A stretch of DNA of 64,000 bases. It comes from Terriglobia bacterium. GTDB taxonomy: Bacteria; Acidobacteriota; Terriglobia; 20CM-2-55-15. A program made the position numbers and the translations under genes. The notes under the pieces are model-generated. The model was given only the letters and a program-made list of their open reading frames with translations, made no database searches and was not told the origin of the DNA. Positions within the stretch are counted from its first letter, which is position 1, and each line of letters starts with the position of its first letter. This document shows positions 40,541 through 50,963 of the stretch, in pieces. The stretch is from the NCBI GenBank assembly GCA_963664115.2, contig CAXWPJ010000010.1, positions 480,001-544,000 of the forward strand. The letters are read 5' to 3'.

Positions 40541-41029
40541 TCAGAACAACCCGTTGAGGGCGCCCTGTGGCAATTGGAGACCCAGGCCCCGCGTGAAAGC
40601 GAGGTAGACGGTAAGGGAAAGCAGCAACGCGACGGCCCCGTCCCGCCATGGACGCCGGCTCTGGAAGGCACGCGCGACGAGCCAGAACAAGAGCACGGCG
40701 GTCAGGACAAACCCCAGGCTCTCGAGAAAAATCACGCTCAAGACGAGCGCGAGCGTCAAGATGCCCACCTCGGGCCAACTCGTGGTGAGGTGAGGGTCGT
40801 CTGCGAAAGGCCGCCCTCGTTTCAGGGCTTCCCTTGCCAGAAAGCTTCCGGAAACGACCAGGCCGATGGCGATGAGATATGGGAAAAAACGCGGGCCGAT
40901 GCGGTCGTAGCCCGACCCGAAATTAATTGTGAGGCTGCCGACAAGGACAAACACTCCGAGTCCGACAGCGACGATCGCGACGACGACCTCTACCCGGTCT
41001 GGACCTTGCTTGCTTGGGTCGGAAAGCAC
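40541..41029 (-). CDS. tctB: Tripartite tricarboxylate transporter small subunit
   Basis: IGPRFFP, four TMs, LGLQLPQG; between tctC and tctA. Confidence 0.85.
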   Translation of the reverse strand: MLSDPSKQGPDRVEVVVAIVAVGLGVFVLVGSLTINFGSGYDRIGPRFFPYLIAIGLVVSGSFLAREALKRGRPFADDPHLTTSWPEVGILTLALVLSVIFLESLGFVLTAVLLFWLVARAFQSRRPWRDGAVALLLSLTVYLAFTRGLGLQLPQGALNGLF

Positions 41030-41045
41030 GAGAAGGAAGTTTCAA

Positions 41046-42056
41046 TCAGTTGAGAAGACCGATGGATTCGAGGACTGCCACGGCGCGTGCGTCCTCCTGT
41101 ATCAGAAATTCTTCGTATTCCACGCCTGTCAGATAGAGATCGATCCAGTTGTTTTGCGCGAGCGCTGTCTTCCATTCATTGGAAGCATGCATTCTATCCA
41201 TTAGCGCAACGAGATCCGCCCGCTGCCCATCCGTGATGCCCGGGGGCGCTGCCACCGCACGCCAGTTTGCCATCGCGACGTCGAGGCCCTGTTCCCTGAA
41301 CGTCGGAATATCCACGCCTCTCACCCGCTCTTCGCTTGAGATCGCCAGAGGCCGCAACTGCCGGGCCTCGATGAACGGGACCAGCTCCGCGTAACCATTC
41401 ATGCCGGCCGCCACGTGGCCACCCAGAAGCGAGGCGAGAGCCTCACCGCCGCCTGAATGCGGCAAGTAGTTGATCAAGTTGACATCGATGCCCGCTTCAC
41501 GCGCGAGCAGTCCCGTCAACATGTGGTCGGTCCCCCCCGCCGAGCCTCCGGCGATTGCGAGAGCGCCCGGATCGAGTTTCCAGGCCGCTACAAAATCATC
41601 GAGCGTCTGATGGGGCGAGTCTGCGGGAACCACCAGGAGATCGTATTCCCCGAGCAGTCGGGCGATGGGAGTCACCTGCTCGAGCGTCACAGGGGAGTCA
41701 TTGGTCAGGATGGCCCCCATCATGATGAGGCCCGTCACCATTAACAGGTTCGGGTCACCCGCATTTCGGTTCACAACCCGGGCGAGGCCGATCACGCCTC
41801 CCGCACCGGGAACGTTCGTCACCTGCGGCGTGGCCGCCAGATCGGTATCGCGCAGTACCTGCGCCATGACACGAGCCGTCTGGTCCCACCCACCTCCGGG
41901 CGCCGCCGGCGCGACTAAGGTCAGGGTGTTCGAGGCCGGGGCGGAGTCGCCGCAACCCGCCAGGCCGATCAGGATGAAAGCCCCAAGGAGAACGCTCGGT
42001 GCACGAGTCACGATGTGTTTCCAACGGTATGTCGAAGAGTATGTCGAAAACTTCAT
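41046..42056 (-). CDS. tctC: Tripartite tricarboxylate transporter substrate-binding protein
   Basis: PAAPGGGWDQTAR, NVPGAGG, GGSAGGTDH; lipobox LAGC. Confidence 0.9.
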   Translation of the reverse strand: MKFSTYSSTYRWKHIVTRAPSVLLGAFILIGLAGCGDSAPASNTLTLVAPAAPGGGWDQTARVMAQVLRDTDLAATPQVTNVPGAGGVIGLARVVNRNAGDPNLLMVTGLIMMGAILTNDSPVTLEQVTPIARLLGEYDLLVVPADSPHQTLDDFVAAWKLDPGALAIAGGSAGGTDHMLTGLLAREAGIDVNLINYLPHSGGGEALASLLGGHVAAGMNGYAELVPFIEARQLRPLAISSEERVRGVDIPTFREQGLDVAMANWRAVAAPPGITDGQRADLVALMDRMHASNEWKTALAQNNWIDLYLTGVEYEEFLIQEDARAVAVLESIGLLN

Positions 42057-43213
42057 AACTCTCCCTCCTGCCGGGCAGACTCTTGGGCAGACTCTTGGGC
42101 AGAAATGATGAGGGCTCCAAATCGGTAGATCCCGTGTACGAACTTGCCGTAAGGCATCGTCAGGAACAGCCCCATCACGACTCCCAAATGCACGGTTAGA
42201 GTAACACCCATCATGGCCGTCTCGCGCAACAACAGGAGCAACAGACCGGTCAGGCTCGTCAGGAACAACAGCACGAGAAAAGCGACGTCCATCCGACTCC
42301 CCAACGGGTCAGCCGGTTCGGGATCACGGATGGATTTGAGTCGGAGCAAACCGACAGGACCGACGAGGAGTCCCACGCCTCCCAGAGAACCGAGAATCAC
42401 GGGCATGCTGAGGAAATCATAGGGGGCTTCCCAACCGAGCAGGTTGTGGTAGATCGCGGCAATCGTCGTCGACGCCAGGCAGAGACAGAATCCGTAGAAG
42501 GTCAGGTGATGGAACCTGCGCCTCGTGGAAGATGCCCGCTCATCCGGATAGGCACAGCCGTCACCACCCCCACCCGCAACACCCGCACCTCCACCGAGAT
42601 AGCGCAAGCTGAAGCTATCTGAAAGAGCGCGTCTGATTGCGGGGACGTCAAGCCACGTCCCCGCGTCTTGCCCCGACTCACGCCAGAAGTTACGAAACCC
42701 CATCGCGAAAGCGAGAAGCACGAACACTCCAACGAAGCTGAATGCCGAAACCATCACGCCGTGAGGGATGACTTGATAGAACGAGCCCGCTTCAACCGGG
42801 TGAGGGGCGAACACCGTCGAAGCATCCGCAAATGCGAGTATTCCCAACAAGAACAGAACCGGACTCAGAAAAAGACTCAGCACAAGTGCCGGACCCGTTT
42901 TCCCAAGTAGTCCGACAAGAAACCCGGGCCAGGCATACTGGCTGTAGGATTCCCGCCTCAAGCTGGCGAGAGTCTGGGGAACATTCAGATTGAATTCGTG
43001 AGGCGGCGCGTACTGGCAGGAGTAGTAACACTCGCGACAATCGTGACAGAGGTTCGCGAGGTAGCCAAGATCCTGCCCGGTGAACGTCAGCCGCCGCTCG
43101 AGGGCCGGAAAGACGGCGCAAAACCCCTCGCAGTAGCGGCAGGCGTTGCAGATGCTCATCGCGCGCCCGCCTTCCTTGACAAGATCCAGGAGTGAGGAAT
43201 CAGTTGAGGACAC
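42053..43213 (-). CDS. tcuB: Tricarballylate utilization Fe-S membrane protein
   Basis: ICNACRYCEGFCAVFP, LANLCHDCRECYYSCQYAPPHEF, PYGKFVH. Confidence 0.9.
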   Translation of the reverse strand: MSSTDSSLLDLVKEGGRAMSICNACRYCEGFCAVFPALERRLTFTGQDLGYLANLCHDCRECYYSCQYAPPHEFNLNVPQTLASLRRESYSQYAWPGFLVGLLGKTGPALVLSLFLSPVLFLLGILAFADASTVFAPHPVEAGSFYQVIPHGVMVSAFSFVGVFVLLAFAMGFRNFWRESGQDAGTWLDVPAIRRALSDSFSLRYLGGGAGVAGGGGDGCAYPDERASSTRRRFHHLTFYGFCLCLASTTIAAIYHNLLGWEAPYDFLSMPVILGSLGGVGLLVGPVGLLRLKSIRDPEPADPLGSRMDVAFLVLLFLTSLTGLLLLLLRETAMMGVTLTVHLGVVMGLFLTMPYGKFVHGIYRFGALIISAQESAQESARQEGEL

Positions 43214-44594
43214 TGCGCGCTGCCTCCTCTCCGGCGATACGTCCGAACACCGTCCCGATCGTCATCCCGATACCCGCCAGATACCCCTTACCCAGAATGT
43301 TGCCGGCCATGGTCTCACCGGCAGCGAAAACATTGTCCGTAGCCACGTTGTTGTTCATCACCACCTGAGCCCTCTCGTTCACCGCTACACCACGATATGT
43401 GAACGTGATTCCCGGTCGCAGGGGATAGGCGAAATACGGAGGCGTGTCCAGAGGGCGGGCCCAGTGGCTCTTCGGGGGCCCCAACCCTTCCGTGCGGCAA
43501 TCGTCGAGCACCGCATGGTCGAAGGTGCCCGCCCGGACGGCGGCGTTGAACTCCCCAACCGTACGCTCGAGCGGTCCGGAGGCTATGGAAAGTTGACCGG
43601 CAAGCTCCGGCAGGGTCGCCGCTTCGATCGGCGGATAGACCGGCGGCAAAAACAAGCCCATCGATTTGCGATCGATGATCGAATAGGCGATTTGATCGGG
43701 CTGGTCCGCGATCAGCAGTCCCCAGATCGCATAGCGTTTCGGCCAGAAGTCCTCGCCTTCGTCATAGAAACGAACACCCTCCTGATTGACGACGATCCCC
43801 AAAGACACGGAATCGACCCGGGTCACAATGCCCCCGTCGAAACGCGGGGCACGCGCATCGACGGCGATCGCATGACACTGGGTCGGATCCCCAACGCTCA
43901 TTGCATTGCACTCTTCGAGGCTACGCAGGACCGTCCCGGTGTTGAACGGCGTCCCCCGAATTACGAAGTTGTCCGCCCTCTCACCCCAGACTTCTTTGAG
44001 CCATTCGAGATTCGCCTGAAAACCTCCAGAGGCGGCAATGAGCGCGCCCGCCCGAACCTGGCGAGAAATCCCATCGCACCGGACTGTGGCCGATCGAAAC
44101 CGTCCATCCCGGATGTCCAGCCCCCGGACCTCGGTTTCATATTCGATGTCGACGCCCATGCCTTCGGCCCTTCGGTAATACGCGTTCAGAAGCGCTTTGC
44201 CTCCCCCGAGGAAGAACGCGTTCGTGCGGGAGAGGTGGAGCGTCCCGGCAAGCGCCGGCTGAAATCGCACTCCCTGCTCTATCATCCATTCGCAACAGGT
44301 GGCCGACCCTTCGAGCGTGATGCGAGCGAGCGTCTCGTTCGTTTCTCCTCCCGTCACCTGGAGCAAATCGTCCCAGTACTCGGAGAAGGAATAGGCGTCT
44401 GTCAAAACGTCCGTGGGTTGGGCGTGCACGCAGCGGAGGTTTCGCGTGTGGCGGCTGTTACCACCACGCAGTCCTCGCGGCGCCACTTCGAGCAGCAGCA
44501 CGCTTGCCCCGGCGCGTCGCGCACTGATTGCCGCGCAGAGCGCGGCATTGCCGCCGCCAACCACCAGCACGTCATGGGCGGATTCCCTTTTCAT
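43200..44594 (-). CDS. tcuA: FAD-dependent tricarballylate dehydrogenase
   Basis: VVGGGNAALCAA, RGGNSRHTRN, LSRTNAFFLGGGK, WPKRYAIWG; adjacent to tcuB. Confidence 0.9.
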   Translation of the reverse strand: MKRESAHDVLVVGGGNAALCAAISARRAGASVLLLEVAPRGLRGGNSRHTRNLRCVHAQPTDVLTDAYSFSEYWDDLLQVTGGETNETLARITLEGSATCCEWMIEQGVRFQPALAGTLHLSRTNAFFLGGGKALLNAYYRRAEGMGVDIEYETEVRGLDIRDGRFRSATVRCDGISRQVRAGALIAASGGFQANLEWLKEVWGERADNFVIRGTPFNTGTVLRSLEECNAMSVGDPTQCHAIAVDARAPRFDGGIVTRVDSVSLGIVVNQEGVRFYDEGEDFWPKRYAIWGLLIADQPDQIAYSIIDRKSMGLFLPPVYPPIEAATLPELAGQLSIASGPLERTVGEFNAAVRAGTFDHAVLDDCRTEGLGPPKSHWARPLDTPPYFAYPLRPGITFTYRGVAVNERAQVVMNNNVATDNVFAAGETMAGNILGKGYLAGIGMTIGTVFGRIAGEEAARSVLN

Positions 44595-44836
44595 CAGGAA
44601 GATTGACCTCTTTCAAGAATCGTGATTGCCTGCTCGATGCAGTTTTCGCGCACAAGACGTCCAAGGGAAAAGGCGTGTGTTTCGTGCCAAACTGACAAGG
44701 TCACCGCACGTCCCCTCAGGTTCGGGTCCTGTGGTATTGGAACACCTGCTTCGGCATTGGCAGGTTTCAGCCTTATCCAAGGAGAGCTTTGGGATAATCC
44801 GCACAGTGCTATCAGCCTGTAGCTCTGCTCGCCCGA

Positions 44837-45763
44837 CTAGTGCTGGCGGATAAACTCGAGTACGGCCCGGTTAAATATCTCCGGCTGCTCCCAGTAAGTG
44901 GAGTGTCCCGCATCGGGCACAACCATGGACTCGGAATTTCTGATTCGGGTTGTGTAAAAGCGCTGCAGCGGAGGCGGCGCGGACAAGTCTGCACCCCCTG
45001 AGATCAGCAGGGTCGGGATCTCGATCCCCTCGAGAAGAGAGAACGTCAGGCGATTCCGCAACGGTTGAGTATCTAGTATCGGCCCCTCCGGCCTGCTCCT
45101 GCTTTCGAACTCCATCCAGCGGCGAGTGCCCTCCGGGTTGGCCGCCCGGTACACAGGCCCTAACTCCCGGAACCAGCGAGGCAAGTCGGGGTACTGGGGA
45201 GGCCGGAGACCGCTGACCAATTCCAGATACTCTTCATCCTCCACCCTACCGACGTTGTTGGCGATCACAAGGCTCCGGAGCCGCTCGGGAAACGATACCG
45301 CATAGTCCATAGCGACAGATCCACCAGCTGCCGTAGCCACCAGGTGAAAGCGGTCCACCCCCAGGTAGTCCATCAGGTTTTGCAGGTCGTCGGCGGCTGT
45401 GCCGGGCTGCACCCCCGAGGGATCAACCTCAGAACGGCCCCATCCCCGCCGATCGTAAGCGATGAAGCGGTATCCAGCTGCGGTGAATGTTGGAATTTGG
45501 TGCTCCCAGACCTCGCTGCTGCCGGATGCTGCGTGCAGGAACACCGCGGGGACTCCACTGCCGCCGGAGTCCTTGAACCAAATGCGGACTCCGGGAAGCT
45601 CCGCGTACGCCTCGCGGGCTGCGGCCGCCCCCGGCGCTTGAGGGGGCGCCTGTGCTGACGATGCAGAGGTCGTAAAGACCCCGGTGCCGGTGATTGCAAG
45701 AACTGACACACCGATCAGCAAATAGAGCCGGTGAATCTTGTCCTCAATACGCGGTCGGGCCAT
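44837..45763 (-). CDS. Alpha/beta hydrolase with atypical nucleophile elbow
   Basis: VFLHA, YDRRGWGRS, HLVATAAGG in place of GxSxG, DAGHS. Confidence 0.8.
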   Translation of the reverse strand: MARPRIEDKIHRLYLLIGVSVLAITGTGVFTTSASSAQAPPQAPGAAAAREAYAELPGVRIWFKDSGGSGVPAVFLHAASGSSEVWEHQIPTFTAAGYRFIAYDRRGWGRSEVDPSGVQPGTAADDLQNLMDYLGVDRFHLVATAAGGSVAMDYAVSFPERLRSLVIANNVGRVEDEEYLELVSGLRPPQYPDLPRWFRELGPVYRAANPEGTRRWMEFESRSRPEGPILDTQPLRNRLTFSLLEGIEIPTLLISGGADLSAPPPLQRFYTTRIRNSESMVVPDAGHSTYWEQPEIFNRAVLEFIRQH

Positions 45764-45962
45764 GCGCCAAGAATACTACGAGCAGAACCGCCACTCCATG
45801 CTTAAAGACATCTTAGGTGAGCCCCGCAGTCTGCGCCCTCGGGCAGAGGAGTTGTTCAAACTCTGATAGAAATGAGGCGTCCTTTAGTTCTGAGAACGTC
45901 AAGGTCGACAACAGTTCGTCCGCCGCTCGAATGTTTCGATAGACTACCGACAGGAGGATCGC

Positions 45963-48209
45963 ATGAGCTCGACCAAAGACACGGCCGTTCCACAAATGGA
46001 ATTTCGGGAGAACGGTCCGATCAAGGTTTCCTCTCTGGATAACCTGACAGGCCCCGACGGCGAAAAGATTCCCTCAAAGAAAGTGATCGCTCTCTGCCGC
46101 TGCGGCCGTTCGAAGAACAAACCCTTCTGCGACGGCACGCACAAGACCTCTGGATTTTCGGACCAGAAAACCAGCGATGGGAAATGGGACGAGCGGGTCA
46201 ACTACGTCGGCAAGAAGATCGCGATACATGACAACCGGGCCGTTTGTTCCCACGCCGGGGTCTGCACGGCCAGGCTGCCCGCCGTCTGGCGCATGAAGGA
46301 GGAACCATGGATTGAGCCCGACGGCGCGGCGGTCGATGCAATCATCGAAGCCATCCAGGCCTGCCCTTCGGGCGCCCTCAGTTACACCATCGACGACGTC
46401 GAGCATCGCGATCAGGATAGAGAGCCCGCCGTCCAGGCTACGAAAGACGGCCCGTTCGCAGTTCAGGATCGGGTAGCCATCGAAAGTGTCGCTCAGGGAG
46501 AAGGGGCATCCGAGGAACATTTCGCGCTATGCCGCTGTGGAGAGTCTAAGAACAAACCTTTTTGCGACGGCACCCACTGGCCGGTCCATTTCAAGAGCGA
46601 CAACAGCGTCAAGGTGGCCGACCTGGCGGATATGAAAGACGATGCACTGCTGCATGTCCAGGTCGAAGGCACCGACCTCGTGGTGATCAAGACCGGGGGA
46701 ACCGCTTCGGTACTTGACGGCAAATGCCGCCACCAGGGCGCTCTGATGTCTGACGGCGCGGTTGACGGGGAAGACCTTGTCTGCGGGCTCCATGGTTGGA
46801 CATACAACTCGGTTACTGGCATCAACGCCGACGGGAGTGGAACCGATCTCAAGAACTTCCGGTCATGGATCGAACGCGACACCGTGGTATTCATCGATGC
46901 GGACGAAATCACGGCCTGGAAGAAGGGAAGCTCAGAGTCGACGCCAGCCGCAGCTGCCAAAGCGGCCTCGCCGGGGAGCACTCCCGAAGAGCCCTTCAAC
47001 GCATATATCCAGGAATTGGCCGAACACGGTCTCGACCAGGTGGGCACCCATGGTCGATTCGCCGCCATGGGCGTTCCGCGTTACGAGCTTCCAGGCTGGG
47101 ACGACCTTCAGTTCGTGACGGCGCAGTTACACACGCTGCCCCAACTCGACGATGTGCCTGTGGGGACCGAACTGGTCATCGGCCCGAGGGCGCGAAAGCC
47201 GCTGCGCCTTGAAATCCCGATCTTTGTTTCGGACATGAGCTTTGGTGCGCTGTCGGAAGAAGCCAAGATCGCGCTGGCATCCGGCGCCGAGATGGCCGGC
47301 ACAGGAATCTGCTCGGGCGAAGGTGGGATGCTCCCGGAAGAACAAGCTGCGAACAGCCGGTATTTCTATGAGTTGGCTTCCGCTCGATTCGGCTTCAGCT
47401 TCGAACAACTCGCTAAAGTTCAGGCGTTTCATTTCAAGGGCGGACAGGGCGCCAAGACCGGAACCGGCGGACATTTACCGGGAGTCAAGGTATCTAAAAA
47501 AATAGCGGCCGTTCGCGGACTCGAAGAGGGACAGGCCGCAGTCTCACCCGCTCGTTTTCCCGACTGGAACAGCGTGGACGACTTTCGAAAGTTTGCCGAC
47601 GAGGTCCGCCAACGCACGGGAGGCATTCCGATTGGATTCAAGCTCTCAGCGCAGCACATCGAAAAAGACATCGAGTCGGCCATTGCCGCGGGCGCCGACT
47701 ACATCATCCTCGACGGCCGCGGCGGTGGAACCGGCGCCGCGCCTCTTCTCTTTCGGGACAATATTTCCGTGCCCACGCTGCCTGCGCTGGCGCGTGCCCG
47801 GAAGTACCTGAACGAATCGGGCCACAGCGACGTCACTCTGATCGCAACCGGCGGCCTGCGTACGCCCGCTGATTTCTCCAAAGCTCTGGCTCTCGGCGCC
47901 GACGGCATCGCGATCGCCAACTCCGCGATCCAGGCCATAGGTTGCGTGGCCACACGCGCGTGTCACACCAACAACTGCCCGACCGGTATCGCGACCCAGA
48001 AGGAACACCTCAGAGCCCGGCTCAAACCGGAGGTGGGCGCAGAAAAACTGAATCGTTTCCTCAGAGCGGCAGTCGGGTTGATGGCTGTCATGGCCCGGGC
48101 CTGCGGCCACACCCACCTGAACCAGTTTTCTGCCCACGACCTGACGACATGGAAACGTGATGTGGCCTACCTGACGGGCGTGAAATACGGCGGCGTCACG
48201 CCGCTCTAG
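45963..48209 (+). CDS. CDGSH / Fe-S / CDGSH / Rieske / FMN-binding glutamate-synthase-like fusion protein
   Basis: Two CRCGxSKNKPFCDGTH motifs, CSHAGVC...CPSGAL, CRHQG...CGLHG, MSFGALS, GQGAKTG, DGRGGGTGA, C..TRACHTNNCPTGIATQ. Confidence 0.85.
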   Translation: MSSTKDTAVPQMEFRENGPIKVSSLDNLTGPDGEKIPSKKVIALCRCGRSKNKPFCDGTHKTSGFSDQKTSDGKWDERVNYVGKKIAIHDNRAVCSHAGVCTARLPAVWRMKEEPWIEPDGAAVDAIIEAIQACPSGALSYTIDDVEHRDQDREPAVQATKDGPFAVQDRVAIESVAQGEGASEEHFALCRCGESKNKPFCDGTHWPVHFKSDNSVKVADLADMKDDALLHVQVEGTDLVVIKTGGTASVLDGKCRHQGALMSDGAVDGEDLVCGLHGWTYNSVTGINADGSGTDLKNFRSWIERDTVVFIDADEITAWKKGSSESTPAAAAKAASPGSTPEEPFNAYIQELAEHGLDQVGTHGRFAAMGVPRYELPGWDDLQFVTAQLHTLPQLDDVPVGTELVIGPRARKPLRLEIPIFVSDMSFGALSEEAKIALASGAEMAGTGICSGEGGMLPEEQAANSRYFYELASARFGFSFEQLAKVQAFHFKGGQGAKTGTGGHLPGVKVSKKIAAVRGLEEGQAAVSPARFPDWNSVDDFRKFADEVRQRTGGIPIGFKLSAQHIEKDIESAIAAGADYIILDGRGGGTGAAPLLFRDNISVPTLPALARARKYLNESGHSDVTLIATGGLRTPADFSKALALGADGIAIANSAIQAIGCVATRACHTNNCPTGIATQKEHLRARLKPEVGAEKLNRFLRAAVGLMAVMARACGHTHLNQFSAHDLTTWKRDVAYLTGVKYGGVTPL

Positions 48210-48429
48210 CCCACCCATCGCTACGGACGACTGAGGTCGACTGTTCGATTGTTTCTTCTGCAGGTGCGAAGGGACGAAGAAATTGACAACGCTCATTGGT
48301 TTGTTAAACTGGCGTGACTATCCACTTCAAGAACAGAACGACGTGTGAACCGGCACTGCATTTCGGCGCAATTCACACTGCCCCCACACGAGTTTGAGAG
48401 TGGCGCTTGAATCTTTTACAGGAGAGACC

Positions 48430-49326
48430 ATGGATTTCCTTTATCACGCCAGAATCACAGGTCCTTTATGTTTGCTGGTGATCGTTTTGGCCTCTATGCC
48501 GGCCTTTGGCCAAACCACGGATTTTTCCGGGGACTGGGCCGAGAGGAGTCACGAAGACAACTGGGGCCGGAGGGGTGGTCCTTGCCCTTCGCCTCAGTGT
48601 GGCGGTCCGGCACTCGGCGATTACCTCGGATTTGCGCTCACCGACGCAGGCCGGATGAGGGCCGATACGGCTGACGTTGCGGACTGGGAACTACCGGAAT
48701 TCCAATGCCGGCCGCACCCTGTCCCCTATGTGTGGCGTGCTGCAGGGGGCGTACGGATCGACAAGGAAATCGATCCCGTTACGCGGGAACTCGTCGCCTA
48801 CCACGTCAACTGGGTCCGGTCGTTGGACCGGACGATTTACATGGATGGCCGCCCGCATCCTCCGGAATACGCGGCACATACTTGGGAGGGTTTCTCCACA
48901 GGACGGTGGGACGGAAACACCCTGGTGGTTACGACGACTCACCTCAAAGAAAGTTATTTGAGACGCAACGGCGTGAAGTCCACGGATCAGGTCAAGGTCA
49001 CCGAATATCTGACGCGGCACGGGAACATTCTTACGGTCGTCGCGATGATAGAGGACCCCGTGTATCTGGAAGAACCCTACATCTTTTCCGTCAGTTACGT
49101 CCGGGATCTGCACACGAGCTTGACCTACTATCCCTGCACCATCGTGGAAAGCGTAGACATCACTCCCGTCGTGCCGCACTTCTTGCCGGGTGAGAACCCG
49201 AATCTGACGGACTGGACGGCTCAATTCGGGATACCCATAGAGGCTGCGAGAGGGTACCGCAAAGCGTTGTACCCGGAATATCAACTCGAAATAAACAACT
49301 CGCCGTCCGGCCCCGACACGAATTGA
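48430..49326 (+). CDS. Conserved secreted hypothetical protein (DUF6152 partner family)
   Basis: DFSGDW, QCRPH, RTIYMDGRPHP, WEGFSTGRWDGNTLVVTT, EDPVYLEEP. Confidence 0.75.
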   Translation: MDFLYHARITGPLCLLVIVLASMPAFGQTTDFSGDWAERSHEDNWGRRGGPCPSPQCGGPALGDYLGFALTDAGRMRADTADVADWELPEFQCRPHPVPYVWRAAGGVRIDKEIDPVTRELVAYHVNWVRSLDRTIYMDGRPHPPEYAAHTWEGFSTGRWDGNTLVVTTTHLKESYLRRNGVKSTDQVKVTEYLTRHGNILTVVAMIEDPVYLEEPYIFSVSYVRDLHTSLTYYPCTIVESVDITPVVPHFLPGENPNLTDWTAQFGIPIEAARGYRKALYPEYQLEINNSPSGPDTN

Positions 49327-49345
49327 TGAAACTCCGGGAGCATGT

Positions 49346-50455
49346 ATGACAAGAAACGTTCTTAAGCGGGCGATGGTCGGGTGGGTGATACTCGCCACTG
49401 CGGCTCTCGCTGGAATTGGGCAGACCTGGGCCCAGGGAACCGAAGATTCCAACAGCCCGGCGATCAGCGTGCTGCCGGTTCGCGGCAACGTCTATATGCT
49501 CGTTGGAGGCGGGGGCAACGTCACCGTGTCCGCGGGTCGGGACGGCGCCCTGGTGGTCGACACCGGGTCCGCACGAATGGCGAATCAGCTTGTGGCAACC
49601 ATTCAACAGATTGTCAACGCCGTCAACACTTCACCTGTGCCCGCCTCAGCCTGTGTCGGGTCCGATTGTGGGGGGGTCTTCAGTGCCTATGGTTGGTCCA
49701 GCCCCGGGTTCAATGGGGCGACGATCTCACGGGCCCCAGCCAAGCCTATCCGCTATATCATCAACACCAGCATGGCCTCCGACCATACGGGTGGTAATGA
49801 GGCGGTGAGTGCGGCCGGCACCACGTTCACCGGCGGTAACGTTGCGGGAACGATAGAAGATTCTGGAGACGGCGCAGCGATACTCGCCCATGACAACGTG
49901 TTCTGGAAAATGAGCGAGGTTCCGAATTCGAACGACGCGTTGCCGACCGAAACCTATCTGAACCCGTCATACAAACTCACCCAGTTCTTTAATGGTGAGG
50001 GCGTACAGCTGTTTCATCTGCCCGCGGCGAGCACCGACGGCGATACGATGGTCTGGTTTCGATATTCCGATGTGATCAGCACCGGTGACGTCTTTTCTAC
50101 CGTGAGCTATCCGGTAATCGACGTTGAAAACGGCGGGACCATTCAAGGGATAGTTGACGGACTCAATCGCATTCTAGACGTGGCGTATGCGGAGTTCAGA
50201 TCGCAGGGTGGCACCATGATCATTCCAGGTCATGGGCGGCTCAGCGACGTGGCCGATGTGGCCAACTACCGCAACATGATGTCTATCATCCGCGACCGTG
50301 TTCAGAACATGATCCAGAAAGGTATGACCCTCGAGGAAGTGAAAGCGGGCAATCCCACCCTGGACTACGATGGGCGCTACGGTTCCGATACGGGCGCTTG
50401 GACAACCGATATGTTTCTAGAGGCGGTATATCGAAGCCTTACCCCGTCCCAGTAG
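49346..50455 (+). CDS. Secreted MBL-fold protein with degenerate metal motif
   Basis: Paralog of 31777-32736; INTSMASDHTGGN, ASTDGD, IIPGHG. Confidence 0.8.
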   Translation: MTRNVLKRAMVGWVILATAALAGIGQTWAQGTEDSNSPAISVLPVRGNVYMLVGGGGNVTVSAGRDGALVVDTGSARMANQLVATIQQIVNAVNTSPVPASACVGSDCGGVFSAYGWSSPGFNGATISRAPAKPIRYIINTSMASDHTGGNEAVSAAGTTFTGGNVAGTIEDSGDGAAILAHDNVFWKMSEVPNSNDALPTETYLNPSYKLTQFFNGEGVQLFHLPAASTDGDTMVWFRYSDVISTGDVFSTVSYPVIDVENGGTIQGIVDGLNRILDVAYAEFRSQGGTMIIPGHGRLSDVADVANYRNMMSIIRDRVQNMIQKGMTLEEVKAGNPTLDYDGRYGSDTGAWTTDMFLEAVYRSLTPSQ

Positions 50456-50502
50456 CGTTGGGTGAACGCGAAACGATCGACCTTTGTTTGGGAGGAAGCG
50501 TC

Positions 50503-50898
50503 ATGAAAAGCAGCTTGACCGGGTTCCTGATCGCAATGTTTCTCTGCGGAACCACCGCCTACGCCCACCACTCCCTTTCGGCCACCTACGATCAGGCGAA
50601 GGAAATAACGATCGAGGGAAGATTGGTCCGGTTCATGTTCCGTAATCCACATGCCTTCGTTCACATCGAAGCGCCGGATGCGGATGGACAGATGCAGCGA
50701 TGGGCCGTGGAGTGGGGCGGCGCCACGCAGCTCAGCGGCCAGGGCATTACGCGAAGCACGTTTAAAGTCGGAGATGAGGTCATCGTCTCGGGGAATCCTT
50801 CGCGCACTGCCACCGACTACAGAGTAAAAATGAATACCCTCTACCGAACGGAAGACGGATTCGGCTGGGGAACACGTCCGGGTGAAGTCGTCGACTGA
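50503..50898 (+). CDS. DUF6152 family secreted protein
   Basis: AYA|HHS; FRNPH. Confidence 0.8.
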   Translation: MKSSLTGFLIAMFLCGTTAYAHHSLSATYDQAKEITIEGRLVRFMFRNPHAFVHIEAPDADGQMQRWAVEWGGATQLSGQGITRSTFKVGDEVIVSGNPSRTATDYRVKMNTLYRTEDGFGWGTRPGEVVD

Positions 50899-50963
50899 TT
50901 TAAGCCGACTGATTTAAAAGGTTCAATAGCTCGCTCCAGCATCTAACGGACAACAGGTGCCCA

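Noticed and set aside
42073-42103. 12-bp tandem repeat at the end of tcuB (SAQESAQE), and the short duplication at 50892-50917
   Set aside because: Short slippage-type duplications with no evident function.
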